A DNA stretch of 64,000 nucleotides from an uncultured Acidobacteriota bacterium (GTDB lineage Bacteria > Acidobacteriota > UBA6911 > RPQK01 > JAPXNP01), in contig CAZGEH010000003.1 of NCBI GenBank assembly GCA_964524795.1, positions 78,675 to 142,674 on the forward strand. The letters run 5' to 3'. The notes beneath the pieces were generated by a model. It was not told the origin of the DNA, ran no database searches, and saw only the letters and a list, made by a program, of their open reading frames with translations. The position numbers and the translations under genes were made by a program. The first letter of the stretch is position 1, and each line of letters begins with the position of its first letter. Of this stretch, positions 39,198 to 47,322 are shown piece after piece.

Positions 39198-39221
39198 GTT
39201 CGGCTGGCCGACCGGCCGAAC
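39198..39221 (+). terminator. GC-rich hairpin GTTCGGC-N10-GCCGAAC downstream of glgC (weak or atypical terminator candidate)
   Basis: Perfect 7-bp inverted repeat with a nested GGCCG/CGGCC, followed by the A/T-rich TGTATTCAAAAAT rather than a clean U-tract. Confidence 0.3.
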
Positions 39222-39720
39222 TGTATTCAAAAATCCGAACGGGAATTCAATATCGTGAACAGCACCGGCGCCCACGGGAGTCCCCGGAAGGCGGGAGGAA
39301 AACCCGGCCGGCAGCCTGTAAACTGATGACAGTGAAGCCCATTATATCTTCAGGCGACAGCCTGCGGTATCGCTTGGCATCGTTCTTGCTCCCATACAAG
39401 ACGACTCGGGCAAAATCTCCTGTTCCGGCAAAGCAAGGGCTGGGGATTGGGAGCGAGTGGAGTTGGAGAAGGGGGGCCAGGTTGGGACAGGCCTCGCCCC
39501 CCCGTCTCCTCGGAGGGACGCAACCGTATGGGATGGTGCGCCTGGGGTCACTCTACCGCTTTTCCGGTTGAGTTGCAAGCTTTTCGCGAATTTCTGCGAG
39601 GAGAATACAGGATAATGTTGACCAGCCGCCTGCGGACGTGGACCCGGCTGAGCGGCCATCCGACGGGGTCCGCTGCGTCCCTGGTAGGCTGTCGCACCGG
39701 CTGACCCGTTGCGTGGGGGC

Positions 39721-40554
39721 TCAGGCGGAAGTGGAAGGCTGTCCTAGAAGGTCGCGGATGAACTCCTGTTTGGGACTGCGCTGGTGCACTCCTTTGCGCA
39801 CTGCGATCAGTTCCGCTACCACGCTGACCGCAATCTCCTCGGGTGTCTCCGAACCGATGGGGATCCCGATGGGGGCGTAGAGGCTTTCAAACCGTTCCGG
39901 CGGGTGGCCTTTCTCCAGCAGCGATTCCACGATCAGCTTGATCTTCCGCCGGCTTCCCACCAGCCCCACATAGCATGCCCCGGTTTGGACCGCCTGTTCG
40001 GTGGCGATCTGGTCGAAGCGGTGGCCGCGGGTGACAATCAGGAGGTAAGTCGCCGGACCGATCTCCATCCCGTCCAGTGCCTTCTCCATGGGACGGACCA
40101 GAATCCGCTCCGCATCCGGGAATCGCTCGGGGTTGGCGAAAGTCTCGCGGTCGTCGATGACCGTGACCCGGAACCCCACGCTGGCAGCCAGCCGGCAGAT
40201 TGCCTGACCCAGATGCCCGGCACCCAAAATCACCAGCCGGGGGTCGGGAACGATCGGCTCCACGAAAATCTCCACCGTTCCTCCGCAGACGAGGCCCTCG
40301 TTCTCGGCATCCTCTTCGGTAAGTTCGTAACGAACCAGCTGCGCCTTGCCCGAACGGATCACTTGACAGGCCGCCTGCCAGACTTGGGCCTCGACACAGC
40401 CTCCCCCCACCGAGCCGAGAGTCGTTCCGTCCTCACGGATCAGCATCTTGGCGGCGTCCTTGCGCGGCGTGCTCCCCAATCGGCGGACAATGGTGGCCAG
40501 TGCCGCCGACTCGCCCCGCTCCCGGATCCTCACGATCTCCTGGTAAACGTCCAC
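39721..40554 (-). CDS. XdhC/CoxI-family protein (molybdo-enzyme maturation factor-like)
   Basis: N-terminal XdhC/CoxI domain (ALATIV...GSTPRK), then a Rossmann-like domain (VILGAGHLGQAI...LIVTRGH). Confidence 0.7.
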   Translation of the reverse strand: MDVYQEIVRIRERGESAALATIVRRLGSTPRKDAAKMLIREDGTTLGSVGGGCVEAQVWQAACQVIRSGKAQLVRYELTEEDAENEGLVCGGTVEIFVEPIVPDPRLVILGAGHLGQAICRLAASVGFRVTVIDDRETFANPERFPDAERILVRPMEKALDGMEIGPATYLLIVTRGHRFDQIATEQAVQTGACYVGLVGSRRKIKLIVESLLEKGHPPERFESLYAPIGIPIGSETPEEIAVSVVAELIAVRKGVHQRSPKQEFIRDLLGQPSTSA

Positions 40555-40601
40555 CCGCCCATTCTACCTGCGGGTTCGCGGTGCTGCATCCGGGGACGCT
40601 G

Positions 40602-41807
40602 TCATCCCTGGCGTCGCAGCACCGTACACACCGAGGCGCAGATCGGCCCACCGATGTTGAACGTCGCCGCCACCTGCGCATTCTCGACCTGCAGCGGAGG
40701 AGGGGCCTGTCCCAGCAACTGCCAGGCGCACCAGCCGATCATCGCGACGCCGGTGGCCCCGATGGGATGTCCCTTGGCGATCAGGCCGCCGGAAGTGTTG
40801 ATGGCGCAGGGTCCGCCCACTGCCGCCCGTCCTTCGGCCCAATAATGAGCACCCCGGCCGTAGTCGGCCACACCCAGGATTTCGGCTGCCAGCGCCCCCA
40901 TGACCGTGAAACAGTCGTGTACCTCAGCCACCTGCACGTCGGAGGGTCTTACCCCCGCCATCTCGTAAGCCTTGCGCATGGCCCCAATGGCTCCCGCGGG
41001 GCGCAGAACATCCCGGCAGGACCGCCGCAGCGGATCGGTGGCTTGGGCGTATCCCGCAATCCGGACACAATCGTCGGGATGCAGGCCCACCCGGCGCAAA
41101 CCTTCGCGGGTCGCCAGAATCAATGCCGCATAGCCGTCGGAGATCTGGGAACAGTCGTATGTCTTCAGCGGCAGGCCCGGGACGACATACCGGTTGAAGC
41201 CGCCGATTTCCAGAGCCTGCTCCAAAGACAGCTCCACACTGCGCATCTGGGCGTACGGGTTGTGGCGGGCATTGGCGTACTCCTGGACCGCCACGGCGGC
41301 CAGTTCCCGTTCCGATACCCCGTGGGCATCCATGTACTGTTGCATGATCTCGGCGAAGATGTGGGGAAAGACGTAGGTCTTTCCTTCCCGCTCGTCAGGG
41401 TGGGAAAAGCAGCCCAAAGCCTCACCGACCACCTTGCCGTCGGCCTTGCCGGCGGAGTCCCGCATCTTCTCGTAGCCGACCGCCAAGCCCAGCTCTCCCC
41501 ATCCGAGCAGGAGCTTCTGGATCACTGAGAGCACAGCCTGTCCCCCGGACGCACAGGCATTCTCGACCGCTTCGATGGGTTTTCCTTCCAGGCCCGGAAT
41601 CCCTGCCAGCAAACCGGCCAACAGGCCCTGGCGGTTCAGGGTGAAGTGGCAGGTGGCACCCACGGAGGCGACATCCACCGCCGCCGGCGGGATTCCCAGA
41701 TTTCCGCAGACCCCTTCCACCGCCCGCTGGAGGATCTGGGCCACCGAGAGGTCGTACAACTTTCCAAATTCCGACTGGTGATAGGAGGCAATGTAGATGG
41801 GCCGCAT
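40602..41807 (-). CDS. Thiolase-fold protein (acetyl-CoA C-acyltransferase / SCP-x-like)
   Basis: Start MRPIYIASYHQSEFGKL 8 nt after GGAGG. Active-site Cys context VENACASGGQA; C-terminal HDCF...NTSGGLIAKGHPIGATG. Confidence 0.75.
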   Translation of the reverse strand: MRPIYIASYHQSEFGKLYDLSVAQILQRAVEGVCGNLGIPPAAVDVASVGATCHFTLNRQGLLAGLLAGIPGLEGKPIEAVENACASGGQAVLSVIQKLLLGWGELGLAVGYEKMRDSAGKADGKVVGEALGCFSHPDEREGKTYVFPHIFAEIMQQYMDAHGVSERELAAVAVQEYANARHNPYAQMRSVELSLEQALEIGGFNRYVVPGLPLKTYDCSQISDGYAALILATREGLRRVGLHPDDCVRIAGYAQATDPLRRSCRDVLRPAGAIGAMRKAYEMAGVRPSDVQVAEVHDCFTVMGALAAEILGVADYGRGAHYWAEGRAAVGGPCAINTSGGLIAKGHPIGATGVAMIGWCAWQLLGQAPPPLQVENAQVAATFNIGGPICASVCTVLRRQG

Positions 41808-41844
41808 CCCCTGTTCCTCCGCTGGTCCGCCGTACGGCCTCCGG

Positions 41845-42714
41845 TCAGCCGGCTTTGGCGACCGGGCGCCGCGGGTCCGTAATCCATTCGCTCCATGATC
41901 CGGCGTACAGCCTCGGCCTCCCCAATCCAGCGTGTTCGAAGGCCAGCACGTTGAGGGCTCCGGTGACGCCGGAACCACAGTAACAGATCAGCTCCTCGGG
42001 GACGAGGGCACCGCACAGCGCCTCCAGCTCCAGCCTCAGCTCGGCTCTGGGCCGGAAGCAGCCGTCCGGGCCAAAGTTCGCCTGAAACGGGTGGTTGCAC
42101 GCCCCGGGAATGTGGCCGGCGACCGGGTCAATGGGTTCGAACTCTCCACGGAAACGCTCCGGTGCCCGGGCGTCCACCAGACGCGACGAGCAGCCTTTCT
42201 CCACCAGCTCCGCCACCTCCACGACACCGGCAACCATCCCGTCACGAAGCCGGACCTGCAGGTTTCCCCGGGACGAGGGTGCGGACGGCGAGGGAGAACC
42301 AGACTCCACAGGCAGGCCGCGGGCGCACCACACCGGCCAACCTCCGTCCAGCACCGCCACCGCCTCGTGTCCAAGCCATTTCAAAAGCCACCAGAGCCTT
42401 GCCGCCACTGAACCGCCCGCGTCGTCGTAAGCAGCCACTTGAGCAGAATCGGTCACCCCCTGGCGAGTCAGCCGTTGGGCGAGGCCGACGGGATCCGGCA
42501 GAGGATGGCGGCCCGTGACGCCAGGGATGACCGGTGCGGAAAGATCCTCGTCCAGATGGAGGTAGCGGGCGCCAGGAATCCTGGAGCGGCCGTAGTCGCG
42601 TCGTCCCCGGTCGGGATCGTCCAGGGAAAAACGACAGTCGAAAACCCGCCAATGGGGTTCGGCCAGGTGACGGGCCAGCTCTTCCGGCGTGATCAGGGTG
42701 GTGAAGATTTCCAT
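41845..42714 (-). CDS. Rhodanese-domain sulfurtransferase (tandem rhodanese, SseA/thiosulfate sulfurtransferase-like)
   Basis: Two rhodanese domains; catalytic loop CYCGSGVTG in the second. Confidence 0.8.
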   Translation of the reverse strand: MEIFTTLITPEELARHLAEPHWRVFDCRFSLDDPDRGRRDYGRSRIPGARYLHLDEDLSAPVIPGVTGRHPLPDPVGLAQRLTRQGVTDSAQVAAYDDAGGSVAARLWWLLKWLGHEAVAVLDGGWPVWCARGLPVESGSPSPSAPSSRGNLQVRLRDGMVAGVVEVAELVEKGCSSRLVDARAPERFRGEFEPIDPVAGHIPGACNHPFQANFGPDGCFRPRAELRLELEALCGALVPEELICYCGSGVTGALNVLAFEHAGLGRPRLYAGSWSEWITDPRRPVAKAG

Positions 42715-42839
42715 GCTCCGCCCAGTCTAGAACGAATTCTGGGCCGTGGTCAGCGCCATCCGCCCGCCTGCCTGGGCACGCGGCTGGGTCTCGCCGCAGG
42801 CGTTCGGCTCAGACGGCTGGCCGGATTGGGGGCCGCCAC

Positions 42840-43406
42840 GTGGTACATTCGTGGACCATGGCACGGTTCCGACTGCTGCGGTACTGGATCGGCTGGTTGC
42901 TGGGGTTGGCGGCGGCAGCCGGCCCCGGCTGCACTTCCACCCCTCCCGAGGGGACTCCCATCGACCTCGAAGCAATGCGGGAGTTCAAGCCGTTCGAGCT
43001 GCGGACGCTGGGGGGCGAGACCCGACGGCTCGATGACTATCTCGACCGCGTCACGCTGGTGGCTTTCTTCTTCCCGACTTGAGGGACCTGCAATGCGGAG
43101 TTGCCGCATTTGCAGGACATCTACCGGCGGTACCAGGACCGGGGTATGGCCATGGTGGCCATCAACGTGGTTCCCGAGCAGGATCCCCTGGTGCCGGGTT
43201 GGATCGAAGCCGGGGGCTATACCTTCGACGTGCTGGTGGGCGCCAGCACGGAGGAGATCTTTCGGGACTATGGGATGACGGGTGCGCCTTTGACCTTTCT
43301 GCTGGATGCCGACGGCAAGATCCTGGCCCGCTGGGACGGCTACCAGCCGGGTGCCGAGACGGCGGTCGAGGAACGGATCCAGGCCGCTCTGGCCGCGGGC
43401 GGGTAA
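42840..43406 (+). CDS. TlpA/ResA-like thioredoxin-fold lipoprotein with in-frame UGA at the first redox position (probable selenoprotein, U-G-T-C motif)
   Basis: ORFs 42840..43082 and 43101..43406 are in the same frame and are separated only by TGA (43080-43082). The read-through product …RVTLVAFFFPT-U-GTCNAELPHLQDIYRRYQDRGMAMVAINV...APLTFLLDADGKILARW… aligns with TlpA/ResA (…FWASWCGPCRAE…GFVVLGVNVD…IPTTFLIDRDGKIV…). Signal peptide with GPGC lipobox-like cysteine. A SECIS-like hairpin follows immediately (listed separately below). Confidence 0.65.
43087..43116 (+). promoter_or_regulatory. SECIS-like hairpin 4 nt 3' of the in-frame UGA
   Basis: CCUGCAAUGCGG-AGUUG-CCGCAUUUGCAGG: a 12-bp stem with a single bulged U and a GU-containing apical loop about 20 nt from the UGA. 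This matches the geometry of bacterial SECIS elements such as fdhF. Confidence 0.55.
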
Positions 43407-43519
43407 GGTGCCGGCGGGGCTGCCGGCCGGCGGATCCCGGCCCAAGGCCCAAAAAGGGGTCCGCGGAAGATCCGGCGCCGACTGGCCGTCCGGCGTTCAG
43501 ACTGTCTCCGCCTCCGGCT

Positions 43520-45586
43520 ATGATGGCAGCAGGCATGGCCCGATCCCGGAACGGCGGTTGGCGAAACCCGGTCCCGTTTCTTTTCGCCGGCTTAATCTGG
43601 GTGCTCCAGCCGTTGGCTGCCGTCCCGTCCGAAGGGGAACTTTCCCTTTCCGCTCTGGACCGCCACCCGAAGATCTTCAGCCCCAGAGTACAGGGCGAGT
43701 CGTGGACATGGTGGCTGCCGGCAGGGTTCGACCGGCTGGTCCTGCCTGTGTCCGGCGGCGTGCTGGTGGAGTCTTCCGATGCCGAAATGATTGCGTGGGC
43801 CCGGCGGGGATCCCCCTGGACCCTGAACCAGCTCCCCGCTGCAGGAGCCTCATACCGGGGGCAGATGGCGGTGGTGATCGTCCCCTGGCCCCATTACGCC
43901 GAACTGGTGGTGGGCGAACGGCTCGGCATCCGGTTTGTCTTCCCCCCCGGGAGAGAAAGCACGACCCCATCAGAGATCGTGGCGGCGTTGGTGGAAGACG
44001 ACCTGCTGGCGCCGGCCCGGGTCTTCCGCCAATGGCGCCGCTCGCCAACCGGCGAAGGCGGCATCCCGGCCCCCCGGCCGCTGTCCCGGAAAGCCGAAGA
44101 GCGGCCTGCCGTAGGGCGGCTTTTCGGAGCCGCGCACTTCTACCTGTGGGGGCCGATGCTTTTCAGCCGCCACGACGTACGACGGGGTGGTTGGGCAGCC
44201 TGGGCTCGGATCCTGGCCGGCGCTCCGGAGGGGTCGGCGCCCGCCCGATTGTGGCGGGAACTGGGAGCTGACGCCCGGGCGGCATTCGAGAAGCTGGCCG
44301 AAGGGAGCCACGAGACAGGATCGCTCACCGCCCGGGCCGCTGGCGGCGTCGATCGAGCGCTACGGGATCCTCGCTGGCTGCAGCAGCCGGCGGAAACTAC
44401 TCCCGCCGCCGTGATCCACCGAAACCGGGAGGAACTGGAGCAACTGTTCGCCCCATTTCTTGAACCGCCCGCCACCTGGGGGGACGGCCCTTCCAGGACG
44501 ATGATCGATGCGCTTTCGGCCGCCGGGATCCGTCGTGCCGTTCTGCTGTTGAGCGAACTCCACGGGGCTTCGCCGCGCCCTGAGCTGGCCGCCTACGCTG
44601 CCGCCGCCGGCTATCTAATGGGTCCTTACGATTCCTACCACTCGGTTCACGATCCGGACGCCCCACCCGATGAGACTTGGGAAACGGCCCAGTTCGACCG
44701 GGAGGCTTACCTGCAGGGACGCATCCTGGACCCCGAGGGTCGGGGCCGGCCCGGTTTCCGGGGGCGGGGCTTCCATTTCTCGCCGATTGCGGCCTGGCCC
44801 TGGTTTCTGGACCGTGTCGGCCGGTTGGCGGCGCAAATCCCTTACAACGCCTGGTTTGTGGACTGTGATGCCACCGGAGAACTGTTCGACGACTACCATC
44901 CCGACCATCCGGCAACACGTGTGGACGATCTCGCCGCCCGGCGCCGCCGGTTGGAGTGGCTGGGCCGGGAGCGCGGCCTGGCGGTGGGAAGCGAGGAAGC
45001 GTCGGTCCTGGTGTCGGATGTTGTGGATTTCGGACAAGGTGTCCAGACCCCGTATCTGGGGCATCTGGATCCCGTCCTGTGGGATCCGGAGAGCCCCCAT
45101 TTCCTGGGCCGTTACTGGCCACCCGAGAGTCCTGCCCGGTTCTTCGGTGAGGTGCCCGTGGCACCCTCCCTGCAGCGACCGTATTTCGACCCGCGGGTCC
45201 GGGTGCCACTGCTGCGGGCGGCCTTCGGGGATGAGGTGGTGATGAGCCACCACTGGGAAGGTGACAACTTCAAATTCCGTGATGTGGCTGAAATCCGTGA
45301 GCTGATGGAGATCCTCCACATGACGGCGCCGCTTTACCATCTGAACCGGGACACCTGGCCGCGCCGCCGGCAGCGGATCCTGCGCCATCTGGCAGTCTGG
45401 GCCCCGCTGCACGAGAAGCTGGCGACCGCCGCCCTGACCCGGTTCGAGTGGCTGACACCCGACCGTCTTGTGCAGCGCACAACCTTCGAATCGGCGGAGG
45501 GCTCTTTCCGCATCACGGTCAACCTCGACGCCGTCGAACGGGAGGGGATTCCCCCCCGCTCGGTGCGGGCGGAGGGCGGAGGGTAG
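43520..45586 (+). CDS. Hypothetical secreted protein (about 688 aa; possible glycoside-hydrolase-like TIM barrel, unassigned)
   Basis: Start MMAAGMARSRNGGWRNPVPFLFAGLIWVLQPLAA (signal/anchor). No motif I can assign with confidence. The upstream in-frame ORF extension from 43079 overlaps the selenoprotein gene and is rejected. Confidence 0.45.
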   Translation: MMAAGMARSRNGGWRNPVPFLFAGLIWVLQPLAAVPSEGELSLSALDRHPKIFSPRVQGESWTWWLPAGFDRLVLPVSGGVLVESSDAEMIAWARRGSPWTLNQLPAAGASYRGQMAVVIVPWPHYAELVVGERLGIRFVFPPGRESTTPSEIVAALVEDDLLAPARVFRQWRRSPTGEGGIPAPRPLSRKAEERPAVGRLFGAAHFYLWGPMLFSRHDVRRGGWAAWARILAGAPEGSAPARLWRELGADARAAFEKLAEGSHETGSLTARAAGGVDRALRDPRWLQQPAETTPAAVIHRNREELEQLFAPFLEPPATWGDGPSRTMIDALSAAGIRRAVLLLSELHGASPRPELAAYAAAAGYLMGPYDSYHSVHDPDAPPDETWETAQFDREAYLQGRILDPEGRGRPGFRGRGFHFSPIAAWPWFLDRVGRLAAQIPYNAWFVDCDATGELFDDYHPDHPATRVDDLAARRRRLEWLGRERGLAVGSEEASVLVSDVVDFGQGVQTPYLGHLDPVLWDPESPHFLGRYWPPESPARFFGEVPVAPSLQRPYFDPRVRVPLLRAAFGDEVVMSHHWEGDNFKFRDVAEIRELMEILHMTAPLYHLNRDTWPRRRQRILRHLAVWAPLHEKLATAALTRFEWLTPDRLVQRTTFESAEGSFRITVNLDAVEREGIPPRSVRAEGGG

Positions 45587-45998
45587 ATCGAGATTGAAAG
45601 TCGTCACCCCTCAGTCCCAATCCCTGTGACCCGGCCCGGATTTGAACTCGCCGGCGGACGGTGCGAGAATGCGCGTCGGCAACTGGAGGCAGGATGAGCC
45701 GGCGACGATCTTCCGGATGTGAAGTCTGCAGGCTGCGGCGGGCAGCGGAACGATGTCCGGAGACGTGGTTGGCCCGGATTTGGCGCTGGCACACCACCTG
45801 GTGTCCGGGCTGGAAGCGGTATCAGCGGGAACTCACTGCCCGCCGGGAGAGCGGGGCAGAACTCTCCCAGCCGCCTGCGGCCCCAGCAGTGGGCTGATGA
45901 AAGAGAGCGCACCAGGGCCCGCGCCGGTAACTCTTGGGGGAGAGAACCGGCGCTGATGGGCAGGTTCCAGCTTCCAGAGGAACGCGTCAGAGGAGGGG

Positions 45999-47066
45999 TT
46001 GGGGTTGGAAAGCAAATTGTCTATTCCAGGGGTGGTGTTGTGTCTTTCGATGACGGTGGGGGCGATGGCCCAGGCTTCCGGGAAACAGAACGAGCCTCCG
46101 GAGCCGGGCTTACTGGCCAGCTGGTTCGAACTCCAGTCCGCAATCGTGGGGGTTCGATACCGGTTTGCAGAGGACAGCCGGGGCGAAACCACACTCAACC
46201 AGCTCCAGCACAAGCAAGCATTCAAGGCCCGGCTGCGGTTCGACCCGCGGGGAAAGGTGACCCTGAACGGCCTGTTGACCAGCGGCGGTAGTGCCATCGG
46301 GAGCTGGAATGACACCGGATGGGGAACCGGGGAAACGGCCACCAGCCTGCACCTCACCCAACTCTACCTGGCTGTAGCGCCGGCGCAAGGCGTGGAAATC
46401 CAATACGGCGGGATCACCGCCATCCGGGGAAAATCCACCGAAATCACGAGCTACGACAACGACAACTTCATGATGGGTGGACGCTTGATCCTGCGGCGTC
46501 CCGCTGACCTTTTCTTCGACGAAATCGCCGTCACGTTCTCGCATCTGGGTGACACCCGAACCCCGAACATCAACAAACGGTTCCACCGGCTGGCGGAATC
46601 CAATTACCACCAGTTTCTGGTGGCGAAACAGGTGCACGATCGGGTGGGCGTCTCAGTGGACTACACTTTCCACGAGGGCCGGGAAACCCTGCGGCAGGGC
46701 GTGGTCGTGAAGCTTCCGGACTCCCGGGTCCTCGACTCTCTCACCTTCGAAGCTTACGAAAGGGTAGACGTCCAGCGTGATTTCGGTTTTGCCGTGCACG
46801 GCGACAAGGTGGTCCACCAGCGGTTGCGGCTGGGAGGCGGTTACGCCGACATCGACCGCAACTATGGCGGACTGAACGCCGACCGGTTCGACAAGGGTCG
46901 GCGGCTGTTCGTGGTGGCCACAGTCCCCCTGGCGCCGAACCTGGGACTTGAGACCTTCATCCAGCGTGCGGTAGCCAACGACTTTCCCATCTCCAACCGT
47001 CTCCGCTTCGACGTGGTCTTGACCTACAACCTGGTTCCTGCGCTGAAGCGGACCGGGCTGTTTTGA
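45999..47066 (+). CDS. Outer-membrane beta-barrel protein (porin-like), hypothetical
   Basis: Signal peptide ...VVLCLSMTVGAMAQA; alternating beta-strand pattern; C-terminal aromatic residue (…LKRTGLF). TTG-type start; the alternative TTG at 46005 has better RBS spacing. Confidence 0.5.
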   Translation: MGLESKLSIPGVVLCLSMTVGAMAQASGKQNEPPEPGLLASWFELQSAIVGVRYRFAEDSRGETTLNQLQHKQAFKARLRFDPRGKVTLNGLLTSGGSAIGSWNDTGWGTGETATSLHLTQLYLAVAPAQGVEIQYGGITAIRGKSTEITSYDNDNFMMGGRLILRRPADLFFDEIAVTFSHLGDTRTPNINKRFHRLAESNYHQFLVAKQVHDRVGVSVDYTFHEGRETLRQGVVVKLPDSRVLDSLTFEAYERVDVQRDFGFAVHGDKVVHQRLRLGGGYADIDRNYGGLNADRFDKGRRLFVVATVPLAPNLGLETFIQRAVANDFPISNRLRFDVVLTYNLVPALKRTGLF

Positions 47067-47090
47067 GGGCAGAGTCAGGAGTCGGGAACT

Positions 47091-47125
47091 CGGATCCCGC
47101 GGATGACACGGATCCCGCGGATGAG
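47091..47125. repeat. Direct repeat ACGGATCCCGCGGATGA x2 embedded in a ~140-bp imperfect palindrome (47075-47215)
   Basis: cggatcccgcggatgacacggatcccgcggatgag, followed by gagtcgcattgc...gcaatgc and ccgcgggatcgg (the arms are reverse complements). Each unit contains the palindrome ATCCGCGGAT. It sits between the porin-like gene and the sulfatase-like operon, upstream of a TTGACT...TGATACTTAT promoter-like stretch (47240-47270). Confidence 0.5.
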
Positions 47126-47322
47126 TCGCATTGCTAGGTCCCGCTCCGCGGGATCGGTGTGATCCGAGTGACTCCGCAATGCCACCCAGATGTCAGCTTC
47201 GCTCCCGACTCCGGGTTCCCGACTCCTCTCCCCTCTTCCTTGACTCGCCATGCCGCCCGGGTTGATACTTATGCCAATTTACAATTCTGATTTTCCATCC
47301 ATTGGAACAGCGAGGTGGGGGT

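Noticed and set aside
43079-43519. Upstream extension of the 43520 hypothetical gene (ORF from 43079), which would overlap the selenoprotein gene.
   Set aside because: Different frame from the TlpA-like gene; Gly/Arg-rich nonsense translation; a signal-peptide-bearing start exists at 43520.
46141-46160. tRNA T-loop-like word GGGGGTTCGATACCGG.
   Set aside because: It lies inside the porin-like CDS with no acceptor or anticodon arm context; no tRNA-like cloverleaf can be built. No tRNA or rRNA genes were recognised anywhere in the window.
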